Virus record (IMG/VR): IMGVR_UViG_3300048074_000120
Location: 96,001-160,000 of that record
Strand: one strand, 5' to 3'
DNA from: a virus
DNA length: 64,000 bases
The translations under genes and the position numbers were made by a program. Below the pieces are notes generated by a model. That model searched no databases and was not told the DNA's origin. It saw only the letters and a list, made by a program, of their open reading frames with translations. This document shows positions 63,304 through 64,000 of this stretch, piece after piece (the stretch's first letter is position 1; each line of letters opens with the position of its first letter).

Positions 63304-64000
63304 CCATTGCGTGGTTCGAGTACAACGGATCATGCACAGGCAGGCAGTCAACGTCTACGTCGAAGACTCGCAGGTCCTCTGAGTGAAGCGCATCCTCTGA
63401 AACGTTCTTGTGCTTACGTCGCTCTGCGGGGCGCCCAGCATTCATGATCTCTTTCTTAGTCAGCAGGCGAATACGATCACGAACCTTATCGGGATCAAGG
63501 TCAAGCAGCTCACAGATGGAGACGAATCCCGTAATACTCTTGCCGTTCTTGCAGCGCATGGACCACGTGGCTGAGTCAGGCTCCTCGACGAACAACCAAT
63601 GAAAAGCTGATTCTGCCAACTGCTTATTGATCAACTTCGAGCTCGAGCGATAGAGCACCCAGTCGAAGGCCGCGCGGCGCACGATCTCAAGCAGGAGCGC
63701 CCGGCACGCCGAGGCCTCGAGGGAGGCTTTGGCCCGTTTGTCCGTTGCCGTACCGGCCAGAAAGCCAAGATGAGTGACATCGGGCGGCACGGGCAGCTTG
63801 TTGGGAGCCTCCAAAGCGCTCAGCGCCCGCTTGGACAGGCGCCTGCCACGTCCTTTCATGACCAGCCTTGGCGGTAACCGTGTCGCCCGGGCGCGCGCCT
63901 TAGGCGGCGTCTCTCCGAGCATCCCATCGAGAGCGTGCAGCGGGCCGGTCATCGCCGCCAAAAAGCGCGGGATGGCCCAGGTGCTGTCGAGAACCTGGGA
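63296..64000 (-). CDS. Hypothetical protein; frame open to the right edge, so likely 5'-truncated
   Basis: No stop between 63961 and 64000 in this frame; helical core ALLLEIVRRAAFDWVLY..SICELLDLDP. Confidence 0.7.
   Translation of the reverse strand, partial: SQVLDSTWAIPRFLAAMTGPLHALDGMLGETPPKARARATRLPPRLVMKGRGRRLSKRALSALEAPNKLPVPPDVTHLGFLAGTATDKRAKASLEASACRALLLEIVRRAAFDWVLYRSSSKLINKQLAESAFHWLFVEEPDSATWSMRCKNGKSITGFVSICELLDLDPDKVRDRIRLLTKKEIMNAGRPAERRKHKNVSEDALHSEDLRVFDVDVDCLPVHDPLYSNHAMEG

Noticed and set aside
1-64000. Alternative genetic code (stop-codon recoding)
   Set aside because: Ligase, helicase, ATPase and 1300-aa structural genes are intact in code 11, and TAA, TAG and TGA all end genes

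Overview
The whole window reads as part of a large, probably jumbo, tailed (myovirus-like) bacteriophage genome. Host-type genes (Gly/Thr-rich Cys-capped lipoprotein, FGE-domain protein, PKD domains, RpoH-like sigma, NtrC-type receiver) point to a Myxococcota/Polyangiales-like host; this is inference. No capsid, terminase or DNA polymerase gene lies in the window. Layout: 1-14 kb minus-strand virion/baseplate genes with lipoprotein and holin candidates; 15.7-20 kb gp25-like wedge, HNH, GH25 endolysin, SLT, FGE protein; 20-29.9 kb minus-strand nucleotide metabolism (Dcd, MazG, 5'-deoxyribonucleotidase), HerA-like ATPase and small genes; 29.9-42.5 kb plus-strand early-type genes including a FliA/WhiG-like sigma; 42.5-60.6 kb minus-strand small genes with P22 gp17 homolog, DNA ligase, a broken RpoH-like sigma, a 1025-aa virion protein and a DEDDh exonuclease; 60.6-63.3 kb plus-strand SF2 helicase cassette. 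The main unexplained structure is non-coding. A promoter-like motif YAA-N14-(C/A)RGRNATAAG occurs 12 times well conserved plus 2 degenerate, always on the plus strand, and all but one copy sits just upstream of a Shine-Dalgarno and start codon. About ten intrinsic terminators carry a conserved (T)TAGCYC tail that is nearly the reverse complement of that -10 box. Together they cut the plus-strand genes into promoter-gene-terminator cassettes. All family calls come from motif recognition by eye; no database search was run.
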